Positions 13,027-27,203 of a DNA stretch of 64,000 nucleotides are shown here, piece by piece. The DNA is from Octopus bimaculoides. Taxonomy: Eukaryota. Below the pieces are notes generated by a model. That model was not told where the DNA came from. It searched no databases and saw only the letters and a list, made by a program, of their open reading frames with translations. Location: contig NC_068993.1 in the NCBI RefSeq assembly GCF_001194135.2, positions 57,606,491 through 57,670,490 of the forward strand, written 5' to 3'. Positions within the stretch are counted from its first letter, which is position 1; each line of letters begins with the position of its first letter. A program made the position numbers and the translations under genes.

Positions 13027-13684
13027 GCATGCATTAATACATACATACATACAGGTAGACAGGCACACAAACGCACATATACATACACACGCACACACAC
13101 ACACTCGCCCACACATATATATGCATGCTTACATATGTACATGTATGTGTTTGCATGTCTTTGTGTATGTGGACAAACCTCAAGTCTACCACACCAAGTC
13201 GGGAGAAGAGAACTACATTAGATTCGTATGGGTAAAGGTGAGTTGATGCAAGTTATTGAGATTCATTTACATGCAAACGTTAGCTACACTGGCCAACCCT
13301 ATTTTGCAAATAGAATTATTACTATGAGCGGTTCCAACCCGTGTCGCAACAACTGAGTCAACCAGCTACATTTTTTGGCCCATCATCACGACCTCGTTAT
13401 CTTGGATACATTCCAGGACATTGTGTCCAACCAAGTTATCGATGTAAGTGTGACGTTTACCTCTTCTTATGTCAACATGAAGTGTGTTCCAAAAGATTAA
13501 TTTTGATGCTTCTAGTTCAGGCTGGTGCACTCAGTGACCAGATAGACACAGCCGTATTCTGACCTTCTCACTAACTGTCTGCAGGTCTCCGTAAAGGCAT
13601 TATACACACAGACACACATACGAAAATACATATATATAATTATACACACACACACCACACACACACACATACACATATATAATA

Positions 13685-13728
<44 letters not shown>

Positions 13729-14355
13729 GTACGTATGTATATATTTATATATACTTATGTATACATAAATGAAACTTCCTACATGCAGACTGTATGTATA
13801 ATGCTGAGCCTGTCCGCATTCAGCTGCAGTAATTGAACTTAATGATCATAGATCTCAATGTTTTCCTTATCTAAAGGAGTTTGCTGGCAGACATACCGTT
13901 TGAAAGCGCTTCAAGACCAGCAAAATCGTCATTTACTACACTTCGAACAGAACTTCATCTCACAGACAATGTTTGAACATGGCAGAACAAAACATATGTG
14001 TGAATTTGACCTCACAACACAGGAGATCATACCTTCTTAATATGATATATATCCAATCATTTCAGTTGTACTAACTTTGTTATTTGATCTTCTGCGAAAT
14101 GGAAGAAATTTGTAATATCCTAAGAAGAAGGTCTGCTGGAATTCAAAGTAATATTTATTGCAATTGCCGTTTGATCTTCGATTATTGATAATGGTCGGAT
14201 GACTGAAGATTGATGTAGGAATAACTTACGCTTATAACAATAGATAATGCAGTAGACATCCTTGTCCATTTCACTTCGCTAATCAGGATTATTAACTATG
14301 CATAATGCATACACACATAAATGCAAGTATTAACATACACACGCACATAGGTATA

Positions 14356-14435
<80 letters not shown>

Positions 14436-15448
14436 GATGTTTATATATATTTATATGTATACATACACAAACTAAACTTACAGGGACACATACAGAGAGA
14501 CACAGACACAAATACAGACACACACACACACACACTTACAAACACATGTGTATGTACGAGTTTACGCACTTATATATATGTATACCCGGCCGCTGGCGTG
14601 TGTATTTTCACCGTCGCTTATACACATATATATTCCATAATGTATTCATATGCATATATTTCAAAGTAATTGAGAAACTACAATCATAGAATTTAGGAAT
14701 AAAGACACGATAACAAAACCAAAGGTTTTACACATGTGAATTATTTATTTCAAAATGTTCATCTTATAAATCCTATTCATAATTAGAGGTGTGTAGAATA
14801 TTGTCCCAGGGTGCACAGTTGCATCCTCGGCAGAGAAGGGATACAATCGAAGAATTTGTAGAGTAATATTAAACATTTGCATTGCCAACCTTTGGCTCAA
14901 CGATTTAATGGAAGCTTTGCGACGCTGTTGAGAATTTTTATTATATGGTGAACTCCATCTCTCCCAATGCCTGACGACCACTGCTTATTATCCCGGATTA
15001 TAGGCAGAAAAAAGGAAAGAAGAGCAAGAGAAGAATTGACCCAGTACAAGAAAAAGAGAAGGCGTAATGATAAAGTGAGATTTGAACCTAGCAATATATC
15101 AGAGTCTTATCGGATATATTCCTTTGTGTCGTATTGCGGGTAAACATGCTTAACGCGAATTGTAGCTTTGATAACTCTATTTCAGCGTTCTCCTTTGGGT
15201 CTTTAATCCTTTTTTAATGATATATTCATGACATTTCTCGATTTTATTGAAACGAAAGCAGGTTTGGATATATGTTCACATGGAGATATCTAATGCATTA
15301 CAATTGTTACCCTCCTTGTAGTATATCAAATAATCTCACAATTTTATTTCTGCTAGTACAGTTGGTTACAGTTTATAAAATGTAAGAAACAATCTGGCGC
15401 TTGCTGGGAGAGATTTCCTCAGAGATGGCCCAGGATGAACCAGTTGTA

Positions 15449-15607
15449 CAGGGTGTCCACAAAGTCTGGGTACCTGGAGTAAATAAAATCATAACATGAA
15501 CAATTAAATATAAGAAATAATAATTTCNNNNNNNNNNAAATATAAGAAATAATAATTTCTTAAAGTATGTGTTAATCCCCATGTACTCAGACTTTGTGGA
15601 CACCCTG
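15449..15607. mobile_element. Tc1/mariner-superfamily MITE
   Basis: 29-bp TIRs CAGGGTGTCCACAAAGTCTGGGTACCTGG / ...CTGAGTACATGG (2 mismatches). TA at 15447-15448 and 15608-15609. Non-coding AT-rich interior with a 22-bp overlap duplicated across a 10-N gap. Confidence 0.85.
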
Positions 15608-16041
15608 TATATCTATTGTTTCCCTACAGATAGCGACGTTCTTTGTAGTGGTCACCTTATTTGCCACATGCAGTAGCTTCAGTCGACCACTGTTTATGTT
15701 GGAAGTGTTCGCAAGCTTCTTTCATTTGAGGTACACTTATATTCATTTCAAAATTCGGTGGCACATCTCAACTAAAAAATATAACTAAAAGTATAGGGAA
15801 AAGAATCACATTTAGGTTACACTGCGGCACACCTAGCATCGTCTCGTGGCCAATCGGTGTGCTAACCACCAACACTTTTTTCTTCAAAATAGGGGTAGTT
15901 TATCCTGTTCAGGCTATATTATTAGCATTGTCCTGCGTTTGAGAATTTAAAATCACTTCTTTAACTTTCTAAGACATCTCAACGCTTCTAAAAGCAAACT
16001 TCGTTTGTTTGTTCACTTTTATCGTAATTTGAATATATACA

Positions 16042-16354
16042 ATGAACTACAGGGAGCGACTGAAGGCACTAGGTCTCTACTCTCTGGAGCGCAGGCGGGA
16101 GAGATATGTAATAATATACATATGGAAAATACTGGAAGGACTGGTGCCAAACTTTGGCATCAAGTACTACAAGAATGCCCGCACGGGTCGCCACTGCATG
16201 ATGACAAAGGTACCGTCCACTGCATCTCACATAAGAACGAGATACTGCAGCAGCCTCGGTTTCAGAGGACCTCAGCTCTTCAATGCCCTGCCAAAACATT
16301 TGAGAGACATGCAAGACATGGATGCGGAGGTCTTCAAGACAAAACTTGACACTT
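16042..16354 (+). mobile_element. CR1/L2-type LINE ORF2 C-terminal fragment, cut by gap
   Basis: MNYRERLKALGLYSLERRRERYVIIYIWKILEGLVPN...GPQLFNALPK...FKTKLD carries the YxERLxxLxLxSLExRR and PxLxNxLP motifs typical of CR1/L2 ORF2 C-termini. Confidence 0.75.
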
Positions 16355-18091
16355 TNNNNNNNNNNNNNNNNNNNNNNNNNNNNNNNNNNNNNNNNNNNNN
16401 NNNNNNNNNNNNNNNNNNNNNNNNNNNNNNNNNNNNNNNNNNNNNNNNNNNNNNNNNNNNNNNNNNNNNNNNNNNNNNNNNNNNNNNNNNNNNNNNNNNN
16501 NNNNNNNNNNNNNNNNNNNNNNNNNNNNNNNNNNNNNNNNNNNNNNNNNNNNNNNNNNNNNNNNNNNNNNNNNNNNNNNNNNNNNNNNNNNNNNNNNNNN
16601 NNNNNNNNNNNNNNNNNNNNNNNNNNNNNNNNNNNNNNNNNNNNNNNNNNNNNNNNNNNNNNNNNNNNNNNNNNNNNNNNNNNNNNNNNNNNNNNNNNNN
16701 NTATATATATATATATGTATGTATGTATAAATATATATACATACATATATATACACATTTATATATAAATTATTTAAAATTATAGTACAGGGTATCAAGA
16801 GATACCACCACGCTGAAAAAATAGCAGTCAAATCCTGACTCCAAAACCACAATAAATGTCCGCAAGGCACGATTATATATATATATATGCCTATAGGTAC
16901 TCACGCATACACACATATACACGTATATGAATGCATGCATACGTGCACATAAGTATGTACCGATATGCGTGCAAAATGGCAACACGCATCATCATTAGTG
17001 GTAGAATATCTTTGTAGTGCCTCGCTAAGAATCCGTTTTCTCATTATTAAAAGACATGAAGTTGAGATACAGCAGTTGAGAAATATTTACACACCAAAAT
17101 AAGATTAGTTATAGAAAATGAAATGGTTATGAATCCTTTGAAAATGTGGCCTTCAATTCTCTATTCTTATATTCAACTACAACAATGGATATCTTGTTAT
17201 TCATACAAACCACACGATTGTGTCATGAAGTATTATCTTTGGAAAACATACCGAAGCAAGAAGGGTGGCCATTGTTAACGAAGTTTTAATGTTAATGTAT
17301 AATTGAATTTCTTTTAAATATATGACCATATTTCAGGCTATATAAAATCAATTATGTGCAAATAAATTATTTTAGTCAGCTGGTAGCTAGAAATTCTCAA
17401 ATAACTATCGGAGAATATCTCGAAGAATACACCAATTCCGATATTTATTGAAAATTACGAAAGTAATGAACTAACATTTCTCCGCGATACGAAGAACACT
17501 CCTTCTACAGCCATTAGAGGAGAGATACATAGATGCATATTCAACAATGCAGCAATTATTTTTGTAATTATGAATATTATTCCTTTTAAACTGCAAATGT
17601 ATTTAACTTACGATGCACCTGATATAGACGACGAATGTAAAGTTGGCCATATGTAACTTGTGTTCTGAGTATGTAACATATTGCTCTACGTTACTCAAAA
17701 TCTCGTAGGCACACATACTGCATAGTATCTCTTAATCAATATGTGTAGATGTCAAGGAGACATGAATCGCAAGACTACACAGATCAAATGTAAGGGATTT
17801 CTTGGTGCGTTTGAGTTTCTGATATGGCACATATATACATGACGACACGTACAGCGAGGAATAACAATCCATGAAAATAAGATGATATATCAAAAGAAAT
17901 GCGTCACACACGAATACAAATGCGTGTACATGCATAGGTGCATATAAATATCTACACACGCACAGACACACGCACACAAACACACGTATGTATATATTTA
18001 TATATCACAGCATATACTCAGATTTATACTCCTGACTTACATATTTAATTATTGATATTTACATACATGTATATATACACATATATATATA

Positions 18092-18170
<79 letters not shown>

Positions 18171-18995
18171 TTGACATATGTGTGTGATTTATCTATAAAA
18201 TCTATGTATATATATATATGTATATATATGTATAAGTATATATATATATATATGTCTGTGTGTGTGTGTGTGTGCATGTGTGTGTGTGCGTATATATGTA
18301 AGTAGGTATGTATGTTTGCATATATGTATATACGTACTACAAATAGATAAGTGTGTTTAATATAATTTTCATAACGATTACTTCGGTGATCCTGTAATTT
18401 TAAACTAATGATTATATCTTACAATCAATTGACAACCAATTATTACGTAACTTTTGAATAATATTTGAAAGACCTTATTGTTTCTTTGACGCTTATATAA
18501 TATTGTTTCTATACTTTACATGTTTATTTAATAATTAAGCCGCAAGACTTGATATTCATTTTTAATAAACGTAAGTGGTGTATTTAACCATTTCTCTAAT
18601 TTTGTGATTTGAAAAATCTGCATGTTACTATATTTGTATTTTGAAGTGTTTATACTTTTGTATTTTCATAATATTTTTGTGAAAGGCAATTTTGTGCATG
18701 TTCTTTTCATGCATTGGTGCACGTCAACAGACCAGCATATGCACATATACACATACAGCAGCAAGTTTAGAAATGTGCATTTATGTGCACATTTGTTTAA
18801 TTGTGTGAGAATATGCTGACGTGGGTGAGCATGCACGTTCTGCAATTTAATTTGTGCGGAAGTCCGTGTGCATACTATGCGCCTAAACACGTGTATGCAC
18901 ATGCGAACAGATGTATGTGTTTGAATATGTATGCATATATGTATGCTTTTATTTACATGTGTACATGTATTCTAATGAATATACATATATATGTA

Positions 18996-19026
<31 letters not shown>

Positions 19027-20214
19027 NNNNNNNNNNNNNNNNNNNNNNNNNNNNNNNNNNNNNNNNNNNNNNNNNNNNNNNNNNNNNNNNNNNNNNNNNN
19101 NNNNNNNNNNNNNNNNNNNNNNNNNNNNNNNNNNNNNNNNNNNNNNNNNNNNNNNNNNNNNNNNNNNNNNNNNNNNNNNNNNNNNNNNNNNNNNNNNNNN
19201 NNNNNNNNNNNNNNNNNNNNNNNNNNNNNNNNNNNNNNNNNNNNNNNNNNNNNNNNNNNNNNNNNNNNNNNNNNNNNNNNNNNNNNNNNNNNNNNNNNNN
19301 NNNNNNNNNNNNNNNNNNNNNNNNNNNNNNNNNNNNNNNNNNNNNNNNNNNNNNNNNNNNNNNNNNNNNNNNNNNNNNNNNNNNNNNNNNNNNNNNNNNN
19401 NNNNNNNNNNNNNNNNNNNNNNNNNNNNNNNNNNNNNNNNNNNNNNNNNNNNNNNNNNNNNNNNNNNNNNNNNNNNNNNNNNNNNNNNNNNNNNNNNNNN
19501 NNNNNNNNNNNNNNNNNNNNNNNNNNNNNNNNNNNNNNNNNNNNNNNNNNNNNNNNGTTTATTTATTGATATGTATGCATATAAATACCAGCTGACATTC
19601 TTGTGGCTTATTAAATCTTAATTACATTATATGAATGTATATATTTGTGTTTGTGCGTTTGTGCGTGTGCATAAGTGCGTGCGTGTGTATGTATTCATGT
19701 ATGTGTGTATGTGTGTGTCTGTGTGTGTCTGTGTGTGTGCTTATACATTTTATGCATATGTCTATTTCAGTTCATTCATGCACACATGGGCTTGCATAAT
19801 TATACATACGCACATATGGGTCTTTATACCAGAGCTTTTCTATGCGAGGACACATAATGTTCGTGTTGCCGTTCACAAGTGCATGAACTCCATACAAAAA
19901 TGCATAATGCACAAATAGAAAAGTTCAAACGTATCGAATCGAAATGCAAATATTCGAATGCTTAAATTAGAAAATTGCACAAATATTTGAATACATCAAA
20001 TACATTGATATATGGATATTGAACTGGTTGAGCGCTTAACAAATATATAAATACGAAAATTATCATGCAATGACTAAAGAACTGAAAATAAATATTTAAT
20101 AATTATTTAAGAATTAGTTGACAATTGGCTAATTTGTGTATCAATTAGCTATAAATTATAAAGTTACAAAAATCAGAAAATATGGAGAAGCCGTGTTATA
20201 AATACATACATGCA

Positions 20215-20265
<51 letters not shown>

Positions 20266-20739
20266 GCATACATATACCCGAATATAAAGTTTTTACATAC
20301 TCACATACATGCGTATTTACACACAAACACATACATATGCATATATGAATGTCATACATGCATACATAAACTCACAGATACACACAAATGCATGTATGTA
20401 CATAATCGTGACAGAAATGCAGATAGGAGACAAATGGCGGTATATTTACACCTTTAGCATAAACTTTAATATCGCTTCACGGTAAAATGCTGTAAAACGG
20501 TATTTAGAAATAAAAATATGCCACTAAGGGATGTTAACTAGTTTAAAATTTGCTTTAGTTTTCAATACCATTTCGGGTTCCTAAATTCTGTATTCTTCAG
20601 ACAACACATAACTGATTTATTATACAGCTACGACTTTCTAACCAGCTCATGGTTATGTATCTTTTGTATCCTCTACTGAAGATGGCAAAACGAACCATGA
20701 ATGCCGACAGAAGGTGTCATTGAGCTGGAAACGGTATTT

Positions 20740-21139
20740 CTTTTATTCTAATTTTTGTTCAGTCATTTGACTGTGGCCATGTTGAAGCACTGCCTTTAGT
20801 CGAACAAATTGGCCCCAGGACCTATCCTTTGTGAACCAGTACTCACCCTATAGTTCTCTTTTGCCGAACCACTAGATTACAGGGGGGATGTAAGCACACA
20901 ATATGGGTTGTCATGTGATGGTGGAGGGGAAAGCACGGACACACAGACAGACAGATAGACAAACACACACACACAAAACGGGCTTCTTTCAGTGTCAGTC
21001 TGCCAAAACCACTGATAAGGTTTTGGTGGTTCCGAGGATATAATAGGAGACACCTGCCCAAGGTACCACGCAGTGGGAGTGAACCCGGAATCATATGGTT
21101 CAGAAGCAAGCTTCTTACCACACAGCCAATCCTGCGCCT
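20740..21139 (-). mobile_element. tRNA-derived SINE family B, near full length
   Basis: Minus strand: aggcgcagga-tggctgtgtggt (A-box-like), gggttcactcc (B-box-like), ccttgggca-gtgtct core-like motif, central (TG)n, tail ending catggccacagtcaaatgactgaac. Confidence 0.85.
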
Positions 21140-21495
21140 ATATTTAAGACTTCATCATGAGTGGGAACCTTTTCTCTACGGTATACTGATGGCCTGTAGA
21201 AGACAAGATATGTTCACAAATCACGGAAATTTGTGTGTATATAGTGCATAATACCATTCCTATGGGCATTACATCTTTCCTCTATTATCTGTGTGCTTCG
21301 ACTAATGCAGACCTGTTGCAGATCTGCAGGATTGAGTAGCCATCGAAGGTGTCATAGACGGGAAGCTAGAAGAAATGTTATTGACAAAGAGGAAGCACAA
21401 AGAAACTACAATTGTCATATATACATATATTAAAACATGTGTTTATCTATGTAAAGCGGTATATAATTTAAAGAATTAAAGGTAACATTCTTTAT

Positions 21496-21535
<40 letters not shown>

Positions 21536-24380
21536 AGCAAAATGTAGCTTAGTTAAAATATGTTTGTGACACATTTCAACTGATAAATGGCAAATATACT
21601 GCAGTTACCTTGCCTTAGAGAAAATATCTTTGTTTTAGTAAAAAGGTGTTGAAAGCTACGAAATGATGACGAATCAAAACTGCTTACTGATTGTCATAGC
21701 TGAATACTACGTCAGCGATATTGTTGCACAATAGTCAGAAAAGAAATGAACAATCCGATCTAGGTAAACATAAATATTAACAAATCAAATTAAGAAATTA
21801 AGAAATTGATAAAGTTAAAATCAATATTAAATTAATACATTCTATCCATGACTTAAATTACTTAACAATTCATAAGCTATTACTCATATATTCTCGAGGT
21901 ACGTGCCTAAATTAAAGTTTCGTTAAACTATATATAATATATAATACTGTTACCTGTACATAAAGCCTTATATTCATATTAACCATTTAATTTATACTTT
22001 AATATTTGGAAACATATATGGAAACATATTTAAAGACGTGAACATATTTGAAAAAGTTCCTATTTACACAGAAAACAACACGGGTTTCGAACTTTGCATT
22101 GTTTTGTACCTGTGTTTGCAGTAGGAAGTTGCTAAATGGCAGATATAATCATTTATGGGGAAAAATTCGCGCTATATTTGTATGGACTTTATTTATGTTA
22201 TCATATTCATCCTGCTCTTATCGGTCGGATGAAGTTTTAATGAACTGCAAAGATAGTTTAAGTGTTAAACAGTTTGTGCATCGTCCCGAGTTCATAATCT
22301 GCAGAGGCTGACTTCGCCTATCATCCTTCGAGATCGATATATTCAGTCAGTTGGGTGTTTGCATTTATGATATATAATTCTTGAAGATTTATGTATATAA
22401 AAACACGAATTACATAATGTTTTCATTATCTTATACCTGTTTCTTCTATCAGAAGCATTGCTCTCGGACATGCGTTTCCGTGCAGCATCCTTATAGATTG
22501 TTCAAAGCTACTTCAATAATATGTTAAAAAAACTTCAGGCAATAAATATACAACTCATTTAAATGGCTTCGAGGAAGCTATGCAGATGTCGCATAACACT
22601 CAGGTCTCAGTGCCGTGCTTTGTGAAGGAGAAACATCTATAAGCTAATGAAAGTGTTTTAGAAACTGCTGCTTTCAGTCATCATAGAATTGATTGTATGT
22701 TCTGTAGCCATTTCATGATTTACTCTGAAGCATATTAAGTTCTAAAAACCAGTTATTAGACTCACTGCATGGATACTATCAGGATAATTCGAGTGCATAG
22801 GTATACATCTTAATATAGACTCACGCTATTCTCTATGAGTGTAGACACACACACACACATGTCTGATCATGTAACTGTGAGCACGTGCGTGCACACGCCT
22901 ACGTATGTGCGTCTTCATAAGTTTCATTATCCGTCTGTCCGTCTTTAAAAATTCCATAGGCATGGAATAATGAGAGAATGCAAAGAGGTTTGTACACAAC
23001 TATTCATTGTAAGCGCACCACAATTATATACATACATATATACATACACACACACACATATATATATATATTTACATATGTATATACGTATATGTATATA
23101 TACACATTTGTATGTATTAATATGTAAATATACTTATATATGTATACATGTATATATATATCAGTGTATAGCTATGTATACATATATATATATATATATA
23201 NNNNNNNNNNNNNNNNNNNNNNNNNNNNNNNNNNNNNNNNNNNNNNNNNNNNNNNNNNNNNNNNNNNNNNNNNNNNNNNNNNNNNNNNNNNNNNNNNNNN
23301 NNNNNNNNNNNNNNNNNNNNNNNNNNNNNNNNNNNNNNNNNNNNNNNNNNNNNNNNNNNNNNNNNNNNNNNNNNNNNNNNNNNNNNNNNNNNNNNNNNNN
23401 NNNNNNNNNNNNNNNNNNNNNNNNNNNNNNNNNNNNNNNNNNNNNNNNNNNNNNNNNNNNNNNNNNNNNNNNNNNNNNNNNNNNNNNNNNNNNNNNNNNN
23501 NNNNNNNNNNNNNNNNNNNNNNNNNNNNNNNNNNNNNNNNNNNNNNNNNNNNNNNNNNNNNNNNNNNNNNNNNNNNNNNNNNNNNNNNNNNNNNNNNNNN
23601 NNNNNNNNNNNNNNNNNNNNNNNNNNNNNNNNNNNNNNNNNNNNNNNNNNNNNNNNNNNNNNNNNNNNNNNNNNNNNNNNNNNNNNNNNNNNNNNNNNNN
23701 NNNNNNNNNNNNNNNNNNNNNNNNNNNNNNNNNNNNNNNNNNNNNNNNNNNNNNNNNNNNNNNNNNNNNNNNNNNNNNNNNNNNNNNNNNNNNNNNNNNN
23801 NNNNNNNNNNNNNNNNNNNNNNNNNNNNNNNNNNNNNNNNNNNNNNNNNNNNNNNNNNNNNNNNNNNNNNNNNNNNNNNNNNNNNNNNNNNNNNNNNNNN
23901 NNNNNNNNNNNNNNNNNNNNNNNNNNNNNNNNNNNNNNNNNNNNNNNNNNNNNNNNNNNNNNNNNNNNNNNNNTATATATATATATATATATATTTAAAC
24001 GCGTATGTGCTTATACATACACATATACATCATATAGAGAGGGGGGGGTCTTAGATGTAAGCAATAATATATTTATAAGTGAATGGTAGGTGCTTTATGT
24101 CTCTTTGAGCGTGTAGATATGTGATCGAAGGAATCGGTTTTTCGAAGAATGTGTTTATGTAATATAAGTATATATATATTGATAAACATGTGTGTATGTG
24201 TGTGTATACAGGTACATGTGTATTTATATGTGCAAAGCATTATCAGCACATCTTGTCATGTATATATTTTTGCATATAAAATTGTATATACGTATGCGTA
24301 TATAAGCGTTATTTCCAATCAATTCACGTATATACTTGAAGTACGCTGACTTGTGTATTATATGTATATGTGTGTAATGT

Positions 24381-24418
<38 letters not shown>

Positions 24419-24843
24419 GTATATATATACTTTATTAGTAAATCTGCAAAGAGATCACAGAATCTGTTACTCAGAGATTTGCGTTTCTTTTAATCGGACA
24501 TTTTTTTGTTATAGAGTAAAACAAAATATGCTTATATGCATAAATATACAATTTCGTTGATAGATACACATTTCAGAATAGTTTTATTTCCTTGGTCCTT
24601 TCAACTAACCGGTTATATGAAATAAAAAATACGATTTAAAATCATATTATTATCAAAATCGAAGTAAACCGTAAATCAAATATTAGCTTTAGGAGAAGGA
24701 AAGAAACCTATATACCCAGGGTAAATTAATTAATGGTAAAAGTAAATTTAAATAAATTTAAAAAGATCAGTACGCATTTTCCTCTGCCTCCGATATTCGA
24801 ACATAATTTTTTTCACCCTATGTGCTTACTCGCTGGTATATAT

Positions 24844-25066
24844 CTCTTTTACTCTTTTACTTGTTTCAGTCATTTTGACTGCGGCCATGCAGAATTTCGA
24901 CCCCCAGGACTTATTCTTTGTAAGCCTAGTACTTATTCTATCGGTCTATTTTTGCCGAACCGCTATGTTACTGGGACGTAAACACATCAGCATCGGTTGT
25001 CAAGCGAAGTTGGGGGACAAATACAGACGTGTGTCTGTATTTGTCCCCCAACTTCACACACACTCA

Positions 25067-25100
<34 letters not shown>

Positions 25101-25617
25101 NNNNNNNNNNNNNNNNNNNNNNNNNNNNNNNNNNNNNNNNNNNNNNNNNNNNNNNNNNNNNNNNNNNNNNNNNNNNNNNNNNNNNNNNNNNNNNNNNNNN
25201 NNNNNNNNNNNNNNNNNNNNNNNNNNNNNNNNNNNNNNNNNNNNNNNNNNNNNNNNNNNNNNNNNNNNNNNNNNNNNNNNNNNNNNNNNNNNNNNNNNNN
25301 NNNNNNNNNNNNNNNNNNNNNNNNNNNNNNNNNNNNNNNNNNNNNNNNNNNNNNNNNNNNNNNNNNNNNNNNNNNNNNNNNNNNNNNNNNNNNNNNNNNN
25401 NNNNNNNNNNNNNNNNNNNNNNNNNNNNNNNNNNNNNNNNNNNNNNNNNNNNNNNNNNNNNNNNNNNNNNNNNNNNNNNNNNNNNNNNNNNNNNNNNNNN
25501 NNNNNNNNNNNNNNNNNNNNNNCGATAAGCCAGCTGGAGGAGATGTCCTCCTGGGGCTAAAAGCAACAGTAACATCCACCCCTAGGGGTCAGCCACACTT
25601 AAGTGGCAATATACTAC

Positions 25618-25654
<37 letters not shown>

Positions 25655-25812
25655 GACGGGCTTCTTTCAGTTTCCGTCTACCAAATCCACTCACAAGGCT
25701 GTGGTCGGCCCGAGGCTGTAGTAGAAGACGCTCACACAAGGTGTCACGCAGTGGGACTGAACCCGGAACCATGTGGTTAGTAAGCAAGCTACTTACCACA
25801 CAGCCACTCCTG
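24844..25812 (-). mobile_element. SINE family B split by gap and ~100-bp unrelated insert
   Basis: Tail half 24844-25100, N gap, unique 25522-25620, (TA)n, head half 25652-25812. Confidence 0.8.
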
Positions 25813-27111
25813 CTACACATCTGCTAATCGACTGCTACTCAACAAACTTCTACCACGGCCAGACTACCTCTGTTTATGTCTTGGGAGATCCTATTTCTTC
25901 GTCTGGAGGTGTCGAGACAACCATAAGTATAACAATTTTTTTTAACTTTTCAGTCAGTAGATTGCAGCCATGCTTGGAAACCTCCCACCCCATGCACACA
26001 CATAAGTCTTGGAGTCGTTATTCAGTTATTGTAATAGTTCCATATTAGTTGTTTGTGTTCAGCTTGGAACTTTCACTCTCTTTACGGCATTAGATTTTCA
26101 CGACAATCTTAGTTTCATCTTAAGAACGAAATTATGAGACTGGTGCGTCGTTGCCACGTTATGTAATGACCATTGAGAGATAAGAGGAATATTCTTGTAA
26201 CCAATAAAATCGTCATTGCTTGATATAAATGATATAAAAATTGTCTTAGATTATTTCGCTTGAAATGCTACAGAAACATTTGTCTACGACAGAAAATATC
26301 GGCTCCAATGTATACACCACGTATATTTTCGTTCTGATGTCAGAAAATGAAATATAGAATAGCTAGCAGCACCTGCTTGTCATATAATACTTCTGAGTAT
26401 AATCTCTGGGCGAAGTGATTAAACCATTTTGTTTCCAACACACACTCTCATAGAAACGTTTGAATAAACTACAACCACATTCATTCATATGCACGCATGC
26501 GTACAAGTACACACGTATAAACGTACATGAGCAAACATATTCACACATCCGCACGCGTGCACTTATATACGCTCAAATAACTACACATGTGTTTCACATA
26601 TTTATTAACAGCTAATACGATAATTTATGGACATTTTACAGTGCCATATACACCTCCTTACATAAACAAATTGAAAGAGTTGCACCATATACATTACAAT
26701 TGTGATAAAACGGGATAAATAAGACGGAGACATATTCAAATAGGCTGCAAACATAAATAATGATAATCGATCATCAATAATCAGTGAGGCAATAACTTCG
26801 ATGCTAAATACATAATCGAGATTTAAGTTAAAGAAGCTTAACTTTAAAAATACTGGAGTACCGGATAAAAATGACAAGTCAAATGTATTAAGATGTTTGG
26901 AAAGTAAGGGTAGAGAGACAATAGTACCTCTAGCTACGAATATTTCGTGGGTCGTTGTTCTATATTAAATAATCATGAAAGACAGCACGGTGTTCGTTTG
27001 TATATGCTACCGCAATTTACCGTTCGGCAACAAGAGAGCAAATAAATAAGCATGCGGCTTAAAATGCAAATAACTATTGTGGTCGAAACATTGGACGAGA
27101 AAAATTCATGA

Positions 27112-27172
27112 AGGCGGTGCTCCAGCATGGCTTTGGTCAAAATAACTGTAACAAGTAAGAAAAGATTAAAAA
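27112..27172 (+). mobile_element. SINE family B tail fragment
   Basis: ggcggtgctccagcatggc...aactgtaacaagtaag matches the family B 3' end. Confidence 0.6.
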
Positions 27173-27203
27173 AAGGAAAAAAACTGTATCTATGTATCTA
27201 CTG

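Noticed and set aside
17405-17656. 83-codon stop-free frame and a nearby 41-nt exon-like piece (17749-17789)
   Set aside because: Frames of this length are expected by chance and carry no motifs.
26605-26877. Hydrophobic 90-aa minus-strand ORF resembling a membrane protein
   Set aside because: The composition (F, I, L, Y) is explained by AT-rich codons; no channel or receptor motif fits properly.
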